This document shows positions 38,994-48,117 of a stretch of 64,000 bases of DNA, piece after piece. The translations under genes and the position numbers were made by a program. This DNA comes from Acidobacteriota bacterium (lineage in GTDB: Bacteria > Acidobacteriota > UBA6911): NCBI GenBank assembly GCA_016934295.1, contig JAFGTD010000101.1:12334-76333 (forward strand), in the 5' to 3' direction. Numbering within the stretch: the first letter of the stretch is position 1; the number at the start of each line of letters is the position of its first letter. The notes beneath the pieces are model-generated. The model searched no databases, was not told where the DNA came from, and was given only the letters and a program-made list of their open reading frames with translations.

Positions 38994-39030
38994 CCTTTAT
39001 CCGTGGAAAGGAAGCAAATCCAGGTTGACT

Positions 39031-39945
39031 TTATATAATCTCTTTGGCGATGGCGTAGACGCTTTCGGTGTCCAGCACAAGATCGTTGTATTCAAACAAT
39101 TTGGCGATGCAGGCTTTATGCACTTTCATTTTGGGATTCCCGACGGCCAGCGCTCCCAATGCAAATTTGCCGTCATACCCGGCAAAATCATCCCCCGGCT
39201 TGACGCCCTCAATACCCAACGGCTCCACGAGATTAAAATCGATCAGCCATTTCAAACCGGGTCTGGCCGACCAGGAGGCCGACGGCAGCAGGCGCAATCC
39301 CGCAGGTCCGGCCGAAACCAGAATTTCGGTCTCATCCAGTAAATTTTCAAGCTCCGCGTCATCGGCGGGATCGCTCACCTGAATTGTTCCGCCGGAAGCG
39401 GCAGAGGGATTATGAGAGAATGTTTCCGCCGTCGCTCTTCCGCTTTTAAGCGTTTGTTGCGCCAGGTCTTTATTAAAACGGTCCCCCAGCAATCCGGGAA
39501 GAATGGACACAACCCGCACCCGGCATCCCTCTGCAGCCATTAAAACAGCGGCGCGCAAGCCTACAGGGCCCGGTCCCATCACCAGCGCACTCTTCCCTTG
39601 AAGATCCGTCTGCCGGGCCAGCTTGGCAATTGCCGTGGAGGCGGTGGTATTGCAGCCGTTGGAATCGAGCATGAGGGATATTTGAAACGGTCCGAAAAAT
39701 ACCCGGCGGGCTTCAGCCAGCATTTGTTCCCCCCTATCCACATCGGAACCGCCTATCCATACCGCAATGCTTTTCAGATCCGGTATGCCGCGGGTAAAGA
39801 TGGCTCCCTGGACCAAACCGCGTATGTCCGACGGCTTCACTCCTCCGTAACTCAGCACAACATCCGCGCCTGAATCCTGTGCAACAATACTATCGAAGGT
39901 ACTGGCGAATTTATCGCTGTCCAATTGAATAAGAATCTTTTTCAT
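39031..39945 (-). CDS. NAD(P)-dependent methylene-tetrahydromethanopterin dehydrogenase (MtdA/MtdB family)
   Basis: 304 aa. Strong family motifs RVFFGPFQISLMLDSNGCNTTA and HKACIAKLFEYNDLVLDTESVYAIAKE. Confidence 0.85.
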   Translation of the reverse strand: MKKILIQLDSDKFASTFDSIVAQDSGADVVLSYGGVKPSDIRGLVQGAIFTRGIPDLKSIAVWIGGSDVDRGEQMLAEARRVFFGPFQISLMLDSNGCNTTASTAIAKLARQTDLQGKSALVMGPGPVGLRAAVLMAAEGCRVRVVSILPGLLGDRFNKDLAQQTLKSGRATAETFSHNPSAASGGTIQVSDPADDAELENLLDETEILVSAGPAGLRLLPSASWSARPGLKWLIDFNLVEPLGIEGVKPGDDFAGYDGKFALGALAVGNPKMKVHKACIAKLFEYNDLVLDTESVYAIAKEII

Positions 39946-39977
39946 ACTGTGTCCTTTCGAAAAAACCAGGGGGACCT

Positions 39978-40036
39978 AAGGTTAATTCCGTTCAGCGTTT
40001 CCCGTTTCCCGTTTCCCGTTCAGGGTTCAGGGTTAT
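39978..40036. repeat. tandem heptamers (CGTTTCC x3 then CGTTCAGG GTTCAGG) in the mptG-like / mtd spacer
   Basis: AAGGTTAATTCCGTTCAGCGTTTCCCGTTTCCCGTTTCCCGTTCAGGGTTCAGGGTT seen directly. Confidence 0.6.
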
Positions 40037-40103
40037 AAAAACCCACACGACCTGAACTAGCCCGCAATAATCTCAATGAATTAAAATTTTGGAAATAAGT
40101 CTA

Positions 40104-41141
40104 TTACCGGAATTCGATTATTCGGGCGCCGCGGTTCTGGGGCCGGACCAGGAATGATTCGCCTCCACCGAGGCTGTCGAGATAAGCCTGCGTTTGATCG
40201 AGTAGCTTTTGCGCTTCAGCCTTTCCCTGGATCAGGCCATAGACGGTCGGCCCCCAGGAGCTCTGCCCGATGCCGGCGGCTCCGCGACCCATCATAAATT
40301 CCACAATCTTTTCCGAAACGGGATTGGCGAAACGACCTCCCTGGACGGAGGCAAAACAGTCCCCGACCATGCACTGGATACCGGTCAAGGCACAACCGAA
40401 ATTTTCTATATCCTTTTCCACCAGGGCCGGCAGCATCCGGATCAACAGCTCCCGGCTTATTTTCTCCACCAGGCCGGACGGCGCCCGGGGCAGTTTTATG
40501 AAGGCATTGTCCTCCTTCTTACCGTTCAATCCCTTTTGGGTTTTAGGAATAACTGTTACAAAGATCCAGTCCCTGGGCACTGCATGGTGAAACAGAACAG
40601 GGGGAACATGGTTTTTCTCCACCGCCCGGGCCGAACCATTCTTAAATCCGGCTTCGCTCGAGCCGAATCTTCGATTCGGCCGGGCTGCGCCGGAAAGATC
40701 CGTGAGAACACGATGACCGCCATCCAGGACAAATCCGCCATGTTGGAAAGTGGAAATGCCGATCCCGGAATGCACGCCCCTTCCCACCGCCAATGCAATT
40801 TCCTGAATACTGAGTCTGCGACCGGACAGCCGCGCCAGCGCCGCGCCGACGGCCAGAGCCAGCTGGGTTCCGGAACCCAATCCGACATGCGCCTGGATAT
40901 GGCTTATCAGATTCAGATGCGCCCCTGAGGGGAAGCCGTAACGCCGCATGAACCGCCGTGCATAGGTTGCAACCCGCCGTCGCTCCAGTCCCTCAACCTG
41001 CAGTGTCTTCGCCGTCCGCGCCCGCAGAACGAGTTTCGGCCGATCCACCGCCAATCCCACACTTCCGTACAAGCGTCCCAGTCCGCCGTTATTGTCCAGC
41101 AAACCCAGATGCAAACGCGCACAGGTTCGTACTTCAATCAT
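40104..41141 (-). CDS. GHMP-kinase-fold protein resembling beta-ribofuranosylaminobenzene 5'-phosphate synthase (MptG-like, methanopterin biosynthesis)
   Basis: 345 aa. N-terminus CARLHLGLLDNNGGLGRLYGSVGLAV like beta-RFAP synthases. GHMP motif region. Confidence 0.55.
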   Translation of the reverse strand: MIEVRTCARLHLGLLDNNGGLGRLYGSVGLAVDRPKLVLRARTAKTLQVEGLERRRVATYARRFMRRYGFPSGAHLNLISHIQAHVGLGSGTQLALAVGAALARLSGRRLSIQEIALAVGRGVHSGIGISTFQHGGFVLDGGHRVLTDLSGAARPNRRFGSSEAGFKNGSARAVEKNHVPPVLFHHAVPRDWIFVTVIPKTQKGLNGKKEDNAFIKLPRAPSGLVEKISRELLIRMLPALVEKDIENFGCALTGIQCMVGDCFASVQGGRFANPVSEKIVEFMMGRGAAGIGQSSWGPTVYGLIQGKAEAQKLLDQTQAYLDSLGGGESFLVRPQNRGARIIEFR

Positions 41142-41695
41142 TCCTTCCCCGCTTTCCGGATATAATCCCGAACCACTTGCAGCGCCTGTTTTTCCGTTGC
41201 CCCGCCTGTCTTCTCCACGATCTCCGCGAAACCAAATATCTTCTCATCTACGATTTTTCGATCGTAGAAAGCCAGCCGGGTCGCCAGGATAATCGCTTCA
41301 ATCACGGCACCTGCAGCCCGGCAGAAACCAGGAAAATCCTTCCGCTCTTCCGTGTGCACGACCCGGCACTTCACTTCCGCCCGGGCTTCGGAACCTTCAC
41401 TGAAAATCACCTCCAGTTCCCGCCACGCACATGTCCCTTCAAAAACAATCCCCGGAATCTTCCTTGCCGGGAAATTCGGCAGAATATCACCGTTCAAGGC
41501 ACATCGTGCATACGCCAGCACATCGTCGGCAATATTCGCCACACCATATCCGGTGGAAAGAAGATTTCGACACGTGTCGGTATTCCGAAACGGTCGCACG
41601 GTAACAATATCATCCGCCCACAAGACGCCCATCGGGGCGAAATTCGGCTTGCCACCTTCATCAATAGTTGAAAAGATCGTCTCAACAATCATCAA
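41138..41695 (-). CDS. DUF447-family protein (H4MPT-biosynthesis-associated)
   Basis: 185 aa. Family membership inferred from general resemblance and context only. Confidence 0.45.
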   Translation of the reverse strand: MMIVETIFSTIDEGGKPNFAPMGVLWADDIVTVRPFRNTDTCRNLLSTGYGVANIADDVLAYARCALNGDILPNFPARKIPGIVFEGTCAWRELEVIFSEGSEARAEVKCRVVHTEERKDFPGFCRAAGAVIEAIILATRLAFYDRKIVDEKIFGFAEIVEKTGGATEKQALQVVRDYIRKAGKE

Positions 41696-41716
41696 AGTAG
41701 TTAATATGCAAACAGA

Positions 41717-41790
41717 AAAAAACTCACCGCCGAGGCGCAGAGAACGCAGAGGATTTTAAAATAACTCTGTGTCTCTGAAGTGAGTTTTTA
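41717..41790 (-). terminator. long imperfect hairpin (AAAAAACTCAC...GTGAGTTTTT with inner CAGAG/CTCTG) between the DHPS-like and DUF447 genes
   Basis: Inverted repeat seen directly. On the minus strand the stem is followed by an A/T-rich tract. Confidence 0.35.
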
Positions 41791-43107
41791 TTCAGATAAA
41801 TACCCCCAACGCAAGTCCTCTTCCTGTTCATATTTTTTTCCGAGTTTCAGAGCCAGAGACGCTTTCTGCAGCTCCCGCCCCAGGTAAAAGGCCTCTGCGG
41901 CATTCCTGATATTCAAGTGATTGAATATCGACTGAACATCGTTGTCTCTAATGAAAATCTTATTATTAAACACATAAACGGAATCACGGTCTATAAAGAT
42001 GCGATAGTTACGATCCCGCACTTTTTCCTGCATCCCGCGCAGCTCTTCTTCAGAGAATGCTTCAAAAGGAGGATCCTTGATTGTGATCAAGCCGTCATCG
42101 AGATGCTTGGGCAGTATCCTGTGATGACAGGCATAATGCATCAGCCGCCGGGCAACATCGAACTCCCGGACTGCGCCTCGGGCCCAGCTGATCACCTCGG
42201 TAGTCAACACATAATCTATTTCCAGTTCGGTTACAACTCCCGCCATCACCGCACTCATCCCCGTCGTATCCGCGTCCGTCAGTTCGGTGAGATTTCCCGA
42301 TCCCAGGAGCATTTCGGCCTTCGGATGATTCCTTCGGGTTGTAATAAATTCGCCGATCGATTCGGTAAAACCGAATCCGATCGGCCTTAAAACCGGGTCG
42401 ATGATATAGGGAACGCCCCAGGCTTCCAGTTGAGAGATATTGCGCTCCAGCGATTCCAGCCCCTGTTCGAAATCCGGGACAACCACGACCTTGCAGTGCA
42501 GACGCGGCACTACTTCCATATTCCTGGAATTGACACTGAGAAGGAAATCGACATGGGCTTCATCCGCCTTCAGGATATCTTCCTTGCTGAACGAATCCAC
42601 ACTGACCAGGTATCCATCGGATTTCAGAGCTTTCACCACCCTGTCGATGTTCGGGAATCCCCCTTCAACCGGGCAGCCCAGATCTATGACATCGGCGCCG
42701 TTGGCTCTGTAATAGGAAGCCCGCTCCATTATCGCCTCCATACCAAGCCGGTAGGCGTCGACGATCTCGGCGAAAATTCTAACTTTGTGGGCGCCGTATC
42801 CTTCCAGTGCACGGGCTTTCCCGAAGTAGCCGGGAATATCCTTCAGGCACCTGGGGCCGCAAATAACTTCAACTCCCAGTTTGTCCTCTATTATTCCGGG
42901 ATCCGCTGAACACAAACCCGGAATCATGACCTTATCGCAACCCATGGCGCTGGTCAGGTGCTTCGCGACAAACCGTGCATCCATTAATGCCGCGACCGAA
43001 ATGGGAAGAACGGCACACTCATATTTCAGGCCTCTACCCATCCCTTCCAGTGTCTTCTGGAGGAACGGACCGGCCAGTTTGCCGGTTACAAATAGGTAGC
43101 GAGACAT
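41788..43107 (-). CDS. dihydropteroate-synthase-like (pterin-binding) protein of the methanopterin biosynthesis type
   Basis: 439 aa. Pterin-binding TIM-barrel resemblance (GADVIDLGC ... ADEAHVDFLLSVNS). Overlaps the downstream flavoprotein gene. Confidence 0.55.
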   Translation of the reverse strand: MSRYLFVTGKLAGPFLQKTLEGMGRGLKYECAVLPISVAALMDARFVAKHLTSAMGCDKVMIPGLCSADPGIIEDKLGVEVICGPRCLKDIPGYFGKARALEGYGAHKVRIFAEIVDAYRLGMEAIMERASYYRANGADVIDLGCPVEGGFPNIDRVVKALKSDGYLVSVDSFSKEDILKADEAHVDFLLSVNSRNMEVVPRLHCKVVVVPDFEQGLESLERNISQLEAWGVPYIIDPVLRPIGFGFTESIGEFITTRRNHPKAEMLLGSGNLTELTDADTTGMSAVMAGVVTELEIDYVLTTEVISWARGAVREFDVARRLMHYACHHRILPKHLDDGLITIKDPPFEAFSEEELRGMQEKVRDRNYRIFIDRDSVYVFNNKIFIRDNDVQSIFNHLNIRNAAEAFYLGRELQKASLALKLGKKYEQEEDLRWGYLSE

Positions 43108-43613
43108 TTTGTCAATTCCTCCCGGCTCCCGACAACGTTCGTTCCCGCCAGCCTTCTGAGTTTTCCGGTATTCTCAAGATCAATCGGTCTCGGATACACT
43201 TTTAACGGTTCCCGGTGAGGTCCGAAGGACAACGTCTCGGGAGCCAGGTCGGTCGGGTACACAATGATCGGCACCCTGGATTTGCCGGCCTGAGCAAACA
43301 GGTTGGTCACAAGGGTGTCCGAGATGCCGTGCACGAATTTAGCGACTGAATTGGAGGTGGCGGGTGCTATTATTAATAGTTTGTACCTGCCGCCGTAAAA
43401 CCGCGCCGCCACCGGGGCGCTCTTCCCTTCATCCCGGCAAATCGACATGCCGGATGCCTGAAGGCGGGAGTATAAACCGTACATCTTCAGAACCTCTTCT
43501 GCCGCCCGGGACAGGAATAGATCGATCTTTTTCCGTTCCATAATCATGCCTATACATTCTTCCAAAGCATGCCCCGCGCCGGTAATCGCCCATGCGATTC
43601 TTTTTTTATCCAT
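43086..43613 (-). CDS. archaeal-flavoprotein-like FMN protein (DmrA/AfpA family, dihydromethanopterin reductase-like)
   Basis: 175 aa flavoprotein fold (WAITGAGHALEECIGMI ... LLIIAPATSNSVAKF). Confidence 0.55.
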   Translation of the reverse strand: MDKKRIAWAITGAGHALEECIGMIMERKKIDLFLSRAAEEVLKMYGLYSRLQASGMSICRDEGKSAPVAARFYGGRYKLLIIAPATSNSVAKFVHGISDTLVTNLFAQAGKSRVPIIVYPTDLAPETLSFGPHREPLKVYPRPIDLENTGKLRRLAGTNVVGSREELTKCLATYL

Positions 43614-43877
43614 ATCGGATCCCTTAGAGTGAACGGTTGAACTCAGACCGAGAATGGCATAAAGTCCCGGGATTTTTCCACCCGAAAGACATTTATTTTT
43701 CTCCCACCCGTCCCTTTAACCTGGATTATTCATGAAGCTTCTTCTGCGGCAGCCTGCTAAGCGAAGCGACCGGATCCGGATTAAATCCCGACATGGCGTA
43801 TTTGTTGATGACAGGATATTACATTGACCTGTACGATAGGTATTATTGAAAGGCACCCGTGGTAGTGACCGGGAGAT

Positions 43878-44966
43878 TTGCACCTCAGGAACGGATATGC
43901 CATGCCGGGAAAAAACCTTCAGTATGCTAACAATAATGCCCAGCGTCTCCTGGACTTTCTCTCCAAGCGGCGGGACTCTCTTTCTCCCTTGTTGATTCTG
44001 ACGCACGACTATCCGGATCCGGACGCGCTGGCGGCGGCGATGGCTCTCAGCCATCTGGCTCAGCAGTACTTCAATATCGCCACAAGAATCACCTACGGCG
44101 GAGTCATCGGAAGAAGCGAAAACAAGGCTATGGTGCGAATCCTGAAAATACCGATACACAAGATTCGGCCGGAATATTTCAAGAAATACCGAAATATCGC
44201 CCTCGTTGACACCCAGCCGAAATTCAAGAACAACTCATTCCCGGAAAAACGTAAAGCGACGATCATTCTTGACCAGCACACCTCCAACTTCAAACCTTCG
44301 GCCGAATTGTCCATTATCGATACGGAATGCGGCGCCACCTGCGTTATTGTCGCTCAGGCGCTGTTGCTGCAGGGAAGTCCTATTCCGTCCCGGATCGCCA
44401 CCGCCCTGGTCTACGGAATTCTTTCAGACACACTGGATCTGTATCGGGCTCATCGGGAGGATGTCATTAAGACTTACCTCGATATCATATCCCATTGTGA
44501 TCTGAAAATGCTGGCCCAGATTCAGAATCCAACCAGATCAAGAAGATTTTTCGTCACACTTCACCGGGCATTGAACCGCGCGATTGTCTATAGACATCTG
44601 CTGGTTTCGCACCTGGGCTTTGTGGAAAATCCCGATCTGGTATCGCAAATGGCCGAGTTCCTTCTTACCTATGAAAAGGTGCAATGGTCTTTCTGCACCG
44701 GCCGCTATCACGGGAGACTGTATGTTTCTCTGCGCACATCGTTGTCAAACGTCCATGCCGGCGAAACACTGCGCTCTATTTTTGACAATCCCAAAAATGC
44801 CGGCGGCCATGCCGCCATAGCCGGCGGAAGCATGAAAATCGCCGGCGAGCCCACCGATAAATTATGGCAGGAAACCGAACAAACACTTCAGCACAGGCTT
44901 TTCAGGAAGCTGCGACGCTCCGTCAATGCAAAATTTCAGAAACCCTTCCAGGGCGGCCAGTCGTGA
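43878..44966 (+). CDS. DHH/DHHA1 family phosphoesterase (NrnA-like)
   Basis: DHH motif region (LTHDYPDPDALAAAMAL, DQH) and C-terminal DHHA1 (GGHAAIAGGS). Confidence 0.7.
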   Translation: MHLRNGYAMPGKNLQYANNNAQRLLDFLSKRRDSLSPLLILTHDYPDPDALAAAMALSHLAQQYFNIATRITYGGVIGRSENKAMVRILKIPIHKIRPEYFKKYRNIALVDTQPKFKNNSFPEKRKATIILDQHTSNFKPSAELSIIDTECGATCVIVAQALLLQGSPIPSRIATALVYGILSDTLDLYRAHREDVIKTYLDIISHCDLKMLAQIQNPTRSRRFFVTLHRALNRAIVYRHLLVSHLGFVENPDLVSQMAEFLLTYEKVQWSFCTGRYHGRLYVSLRTSLSNVHAGETLRSIFDNPKNAGGHAAIAGGSMKIAGEPTDKLWQETEQTLQHRLFRKLRRSVNAKFQKPFQGGQS

Positions 44967-45100
44967 TGTTATCGACCACTCCTTGAATTGAAAAGATAAA
45001 CTATATTTCCTTTCTTCGGCCGGGGGCAACGTCCCACTTCATTGCTGAATGGACTTGGTGAATAATTTCGAGGTTATGGTGACTGTCACCGAAATTTACG

Positions 45101-46876
45101 CTAAAAGGGCCATAGGAGGGGAATAACGAGGGATGAAACGATCCAGACGCCTAGGGACAGCGGGATGCCGAGTTTCAGGTAATCCTTGAAAACATACCCG
45201 CCCGGCCCATATACGAGAAGGTTGGTTTGATAGCCGATAGGCGTCGCATAGCAGGCGGATGCCCCGAAACACAAGCCGATTACAAACGCCCTCGGATCCA
45301 CATTGAGAGCCGCCGCGGTAGACAGGGCAATAGGCATTAACAGGACCGCAGTTGAATTATTACTCAGAAAAAGACTCAACAGGCTGGTCAGCAGGATAAA
45401 CGCACTCAAAACAATATAGGGACTCATGCCCACAAGGGGCTTCAACAGGATTCTCGTATAGAGATCCGCCGCCCCGGTTATAGACAATGCATTCCCAAGC
45501 GCGATAGTCCCGATAATAAGAATCAGCACCTTGGAATCGATGGAACGATACGCTTCCCGGAGACTGATGCAGCCCGTCAGTATCATCAGAAGCATCGCCG
45601 TCATGGCGGAAACAAGAATGTCCGCAACTCCAAATGTCGTCGCAAGAATCATCATTAAAAAGATGCCCATCGCCAGCGGCGCTTTTTTCCGGTTCACGAT
45701 CGATTTGTGCACGTCTTCGATAACAATCAATTCTTCGGCCGAACGAATCTGTTCCAGATGATCCAAAGGCGACTGTACCAGGATAATGTCCCCCAGTGCC
45801 AGTCTGAGGTTCCGGACTTTTCCGGCAGGGTAGTGCTTCCAGTGCCGATTGACTCCCAGAACTTTGATATGCGCATCCAAGGATGCGATGAACCGGTTAA
45901 GTGATTGTCCGACGGCGTTGGAATTGGGATGCACCAGCAGTTCCACAATCCTGAAATTGCTGTCGTGAGGCCGTGTCGCCGATTCGCTGTCTTCATGGGG
46001 CAGGACTGCATGGCGGCTGTCCAGTATCTGCGTCAGATGCTGCGCCGAAGCCTTCACCAGGATTTCATCTCCCTGTCGTAAAATGACCCGATCCCGGACC
46101 GGATCGAGGATCGCGTAATTACGGAAAACCTGGAAGAGTTCGATATCCGACGACCGCTCCTCGAAAAATTGTGCCGCGTTCTGTCCCACCAGCGGGCTGT
46201 TTTCGGGGATTATCAAATCGGATATGTACCGGTTTTTCCCCCGGTTCTTTACCTCTCCTATCGGCTCTTTATGGGCGGGTAGCATGCGGGATGAAAAGAA
46301 GTATAAAAAAACAGCTCCGGCCATTGCCATGGGAATTCCCAAAGCGGAAAGTTCGAACATGGCGATGGGGGCCATGCCGTTCTGAACCGCCAGATCGCTG
46401 ACGATGATGTTGGTGGAAGTTCCGATTAGCGTACTCGTACCCGCCAGGATTGAAACAAAAGAAATCGGCATCAGAAACTTGGACGGACTCAGCGAATACT
46501 CGCTGCATACGGCGATGGTTATGGAGATGAACAACACAACCACAGGTGTGTTGTTCAGGAAAGAAGAAAAGCCGCCCACAAGAAACAGGCTTAAGAAAAG
46601 CAACCGCTTGGGATTTCCTTTTGAAAATTTCATCACCGACGCCGTGATGAAATCGAGCGCCCCGCTTCGGACAAGGGCGCGGCTGACCACGAAAAGAACC
46701 GCGACAGTAACAATGGCCGGATTGGAAAATCCGATCAGGGCCTCTGAGGGAGTTATTATCCCGGCCACCATAAGAACGACGATAATCCCGATCGCAGTCA
46801 GGTCCGTGGAGAATTTCTCACTGACAAGCAGTATGATCGCTGCAAACAGAATTAGGGTTACGGCAATAATGGCCAT
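45101..46876 (-). CDS. SLC13/DASS-type anion permease with two central TrkA-C (RCK_C) domains
   Basis: 591 aa. Hydrophobic N- and C-terminal halves flanking a hydrophilic region with two TrkA-C-like repeats. Confidence 0.7.
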   Translation of the reverse strand: MAIIAVTLILFAAIILLVSEKFSTDLTAIGIIVVLMVAGIITPSEALIGFSNPAIVTVAVLFVVSRALVRSGALDFITASVMKFSKGNPKRLLFLSLFLVGGFSSFLNNTPVVVLFISITIAVCSEYSLSPSKFLMPISFVSILAGTSTLIGTSTNIIVSDLAVQNGMAPIAMFELSALGIPMAMAGAVFLYFFSSRMLPAHKEPIGEVKNRGKNRYISDLIIPENSPLVGQNAAQFFEERSSDIELFQVFRNYAILDPVRDRVILRQGDEILVKASAQHLTQILDSRHAVLPHEDSESATRPHDSNFRIVELLVHPNSNAVGQSLNRFIASLDAHIKVLGVNRHWKHYPAGKVRNLRLALGDIILVQSPLDHLEQIRSAEELIVIEDVHKSIVNRKKAPLAMGIFLMMILATTFGVADILVSAMTAMLLMILTGCISLREAYRSIDSKVLILIIGTIALGNALSITGAADLYTRILLKPLVGMSPYIVLSAFILLTSLLSLFLSNNSTAVLLMPIALSTAAALNVDPRAFVIGLCFGASACYATPIGYQTNLLVYGPGGYVFKDYLKLGIPLSLGVWIVSSLVIPLLWPF

Positions 46877-46968
46877 TCTTCTTTAAAATCCTGCCTGGAA
46901 AATAATTATTTTCAGACTAAGCGTTTATCCATATTACTTAATAAAACTCCGGTTTCATGCATACAATA

Positions 46969-48069
46969 TTATCTCAGGACAATCATCGTATCTTCGGACA
47001 AATTTCCCAACAATAAGCGGTGACGAACATTCCCACGACTGTCCCGAACCTGTTCCAGGGTACCGGATGCCATGACGCGATCCCCATTCCGCGCCTGCTC
47101 GCAAAACCTGCCCCGGAAGGATACTATTTCACCCGGTTCCGGCACCCGTTGTCCCTCGACGTTTTTAACCCCGGACAACAGGTAACGGCAGGGAGTAAAA
47201 ATCGCCTCCGCATCATCTGCAACCGACGCATGGACTCTTGTACGCCCAAGCGCTTTATACCGGCAGCTTCCATACCTTTCCTTTGTTTCACCCGGCTCCT
47301 TAATAAAGCGGACAAACCAGGTCCTTCCCCGGAATCGGCCCTGGTTCGCCTTATGATTCTCCAGATCCGCAAACTCCCGAAAACCCATTTTGGTATCGAC
47401 GACTCTTTGGGCGTAAAGCTCTTCCATGCCCTCGGCGTCCAATCGGATCAGGTTTTCTTCTCCTCCATCCTTGAGCAGACCCCTCAAAGCCCGATGCACC
47501 CTTTTGCAGCTACGCTCCCCGAACACGGCCACATCCATATCGGAATTCTCTGTATGCATGCCGATGAGCACGGAACCGGTAATCCCCAGCGAAGATACAG
47601 GCACCTCAGCCTTTTTCTGTAATACAGAAAGAAAAGACACGACATCCTCCTCGAGGGCGCTTTTATCGGACCTCTGCATCAATCTTTGAAATTGCCGCCG
47701 GGGGCTGTAAATGCGTCGCACCCTGTTTCGGGGTACGCCTTGCAGCATCACTCCAAAAACCGGATCGTACTCTCTGTACCGCGGGCATGTTTCCTCTATC
47801 CAATGTTCCTGTTCCGCAAAACGGTACAGCCGGCGGCAGGTTATTCCGTTTTTTTCGCGGTCTCCCATCACCGGATCGGGCACGTATCTCAGAACGGCAA
47901 TCCAGCGATCTGGAGGATGCTCCAGTCCCTTGACCGCAAAAAATAATCCCTCCATGGTTTCGAGATAATAGCTTTCAACCACTTCATGCGCGGTAATATC
48001 CTCCGGAGCATATGCAGATTCCACCACTGAATTGCCTTCCGGTTGTTCCATCGTATTCCGCTCGTTCAA
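46969..48069 (-). CDS. predicted Pol-beta-superfamily nucleotidyltransferase with long N- and C-terminal extensions
   Basis: 366 aa. Central GITGSVLIGMHTENSDMDVAVFG = [GS]-x9-SD-x-D nucleotidyltransferase signature. Rest unassigned. Confidence 0.45.
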   Translation of the reverse strand: MNERNTMEQPEGNSVVESAYAPEDITAHEVVESYYLETMEGLFFAVKGLEHPPDRWIAVLRYVPDPVMGDREKNGITCRRLYRFAEQEHWIEETCPRYREYDPVFGVMLQGVPRNRVRRIYSPRRQFQRLMQRSDKSALEEDVVSFLSVLQKKAEVPVSSLGITGSVLIGMHTENSDMDVAVFGERSCKRVHRALRGLLKDGGEENLIRLDAEGMEELYAQRVVDTKMGFREFADLENHKANQGRFRGRTWFVRFIKEPGETKERYGSCRYKALGRTRVHASVADDAEAIFTPCRYLLSGVKNVEGQRVPEPGEIVSFRGRFCEQARNGDRVMASGTLEQVRDSRGNVRHRLLLGNLSEDTMIVLR

Positions 48070-48117
48070 TCGGGCTAAAGTTTATTTAAATCCTATAAAT
48101 ATTCAACTTAAGCATTA

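Noticed and set aside
46969-48069. Calling the nucleotidyltransferase a CBASS cGAS/DncV-like cyclase (anti-phage system)
   Set aside because: There is no adjacent effector, HORMA/TRIP13, E1/E2 or other CBASS partner, and the nucleotidyltransferase motif is central rather than N-terminal. Kept only as a generic Pol-beta-superfamily enzyme of unknown function.
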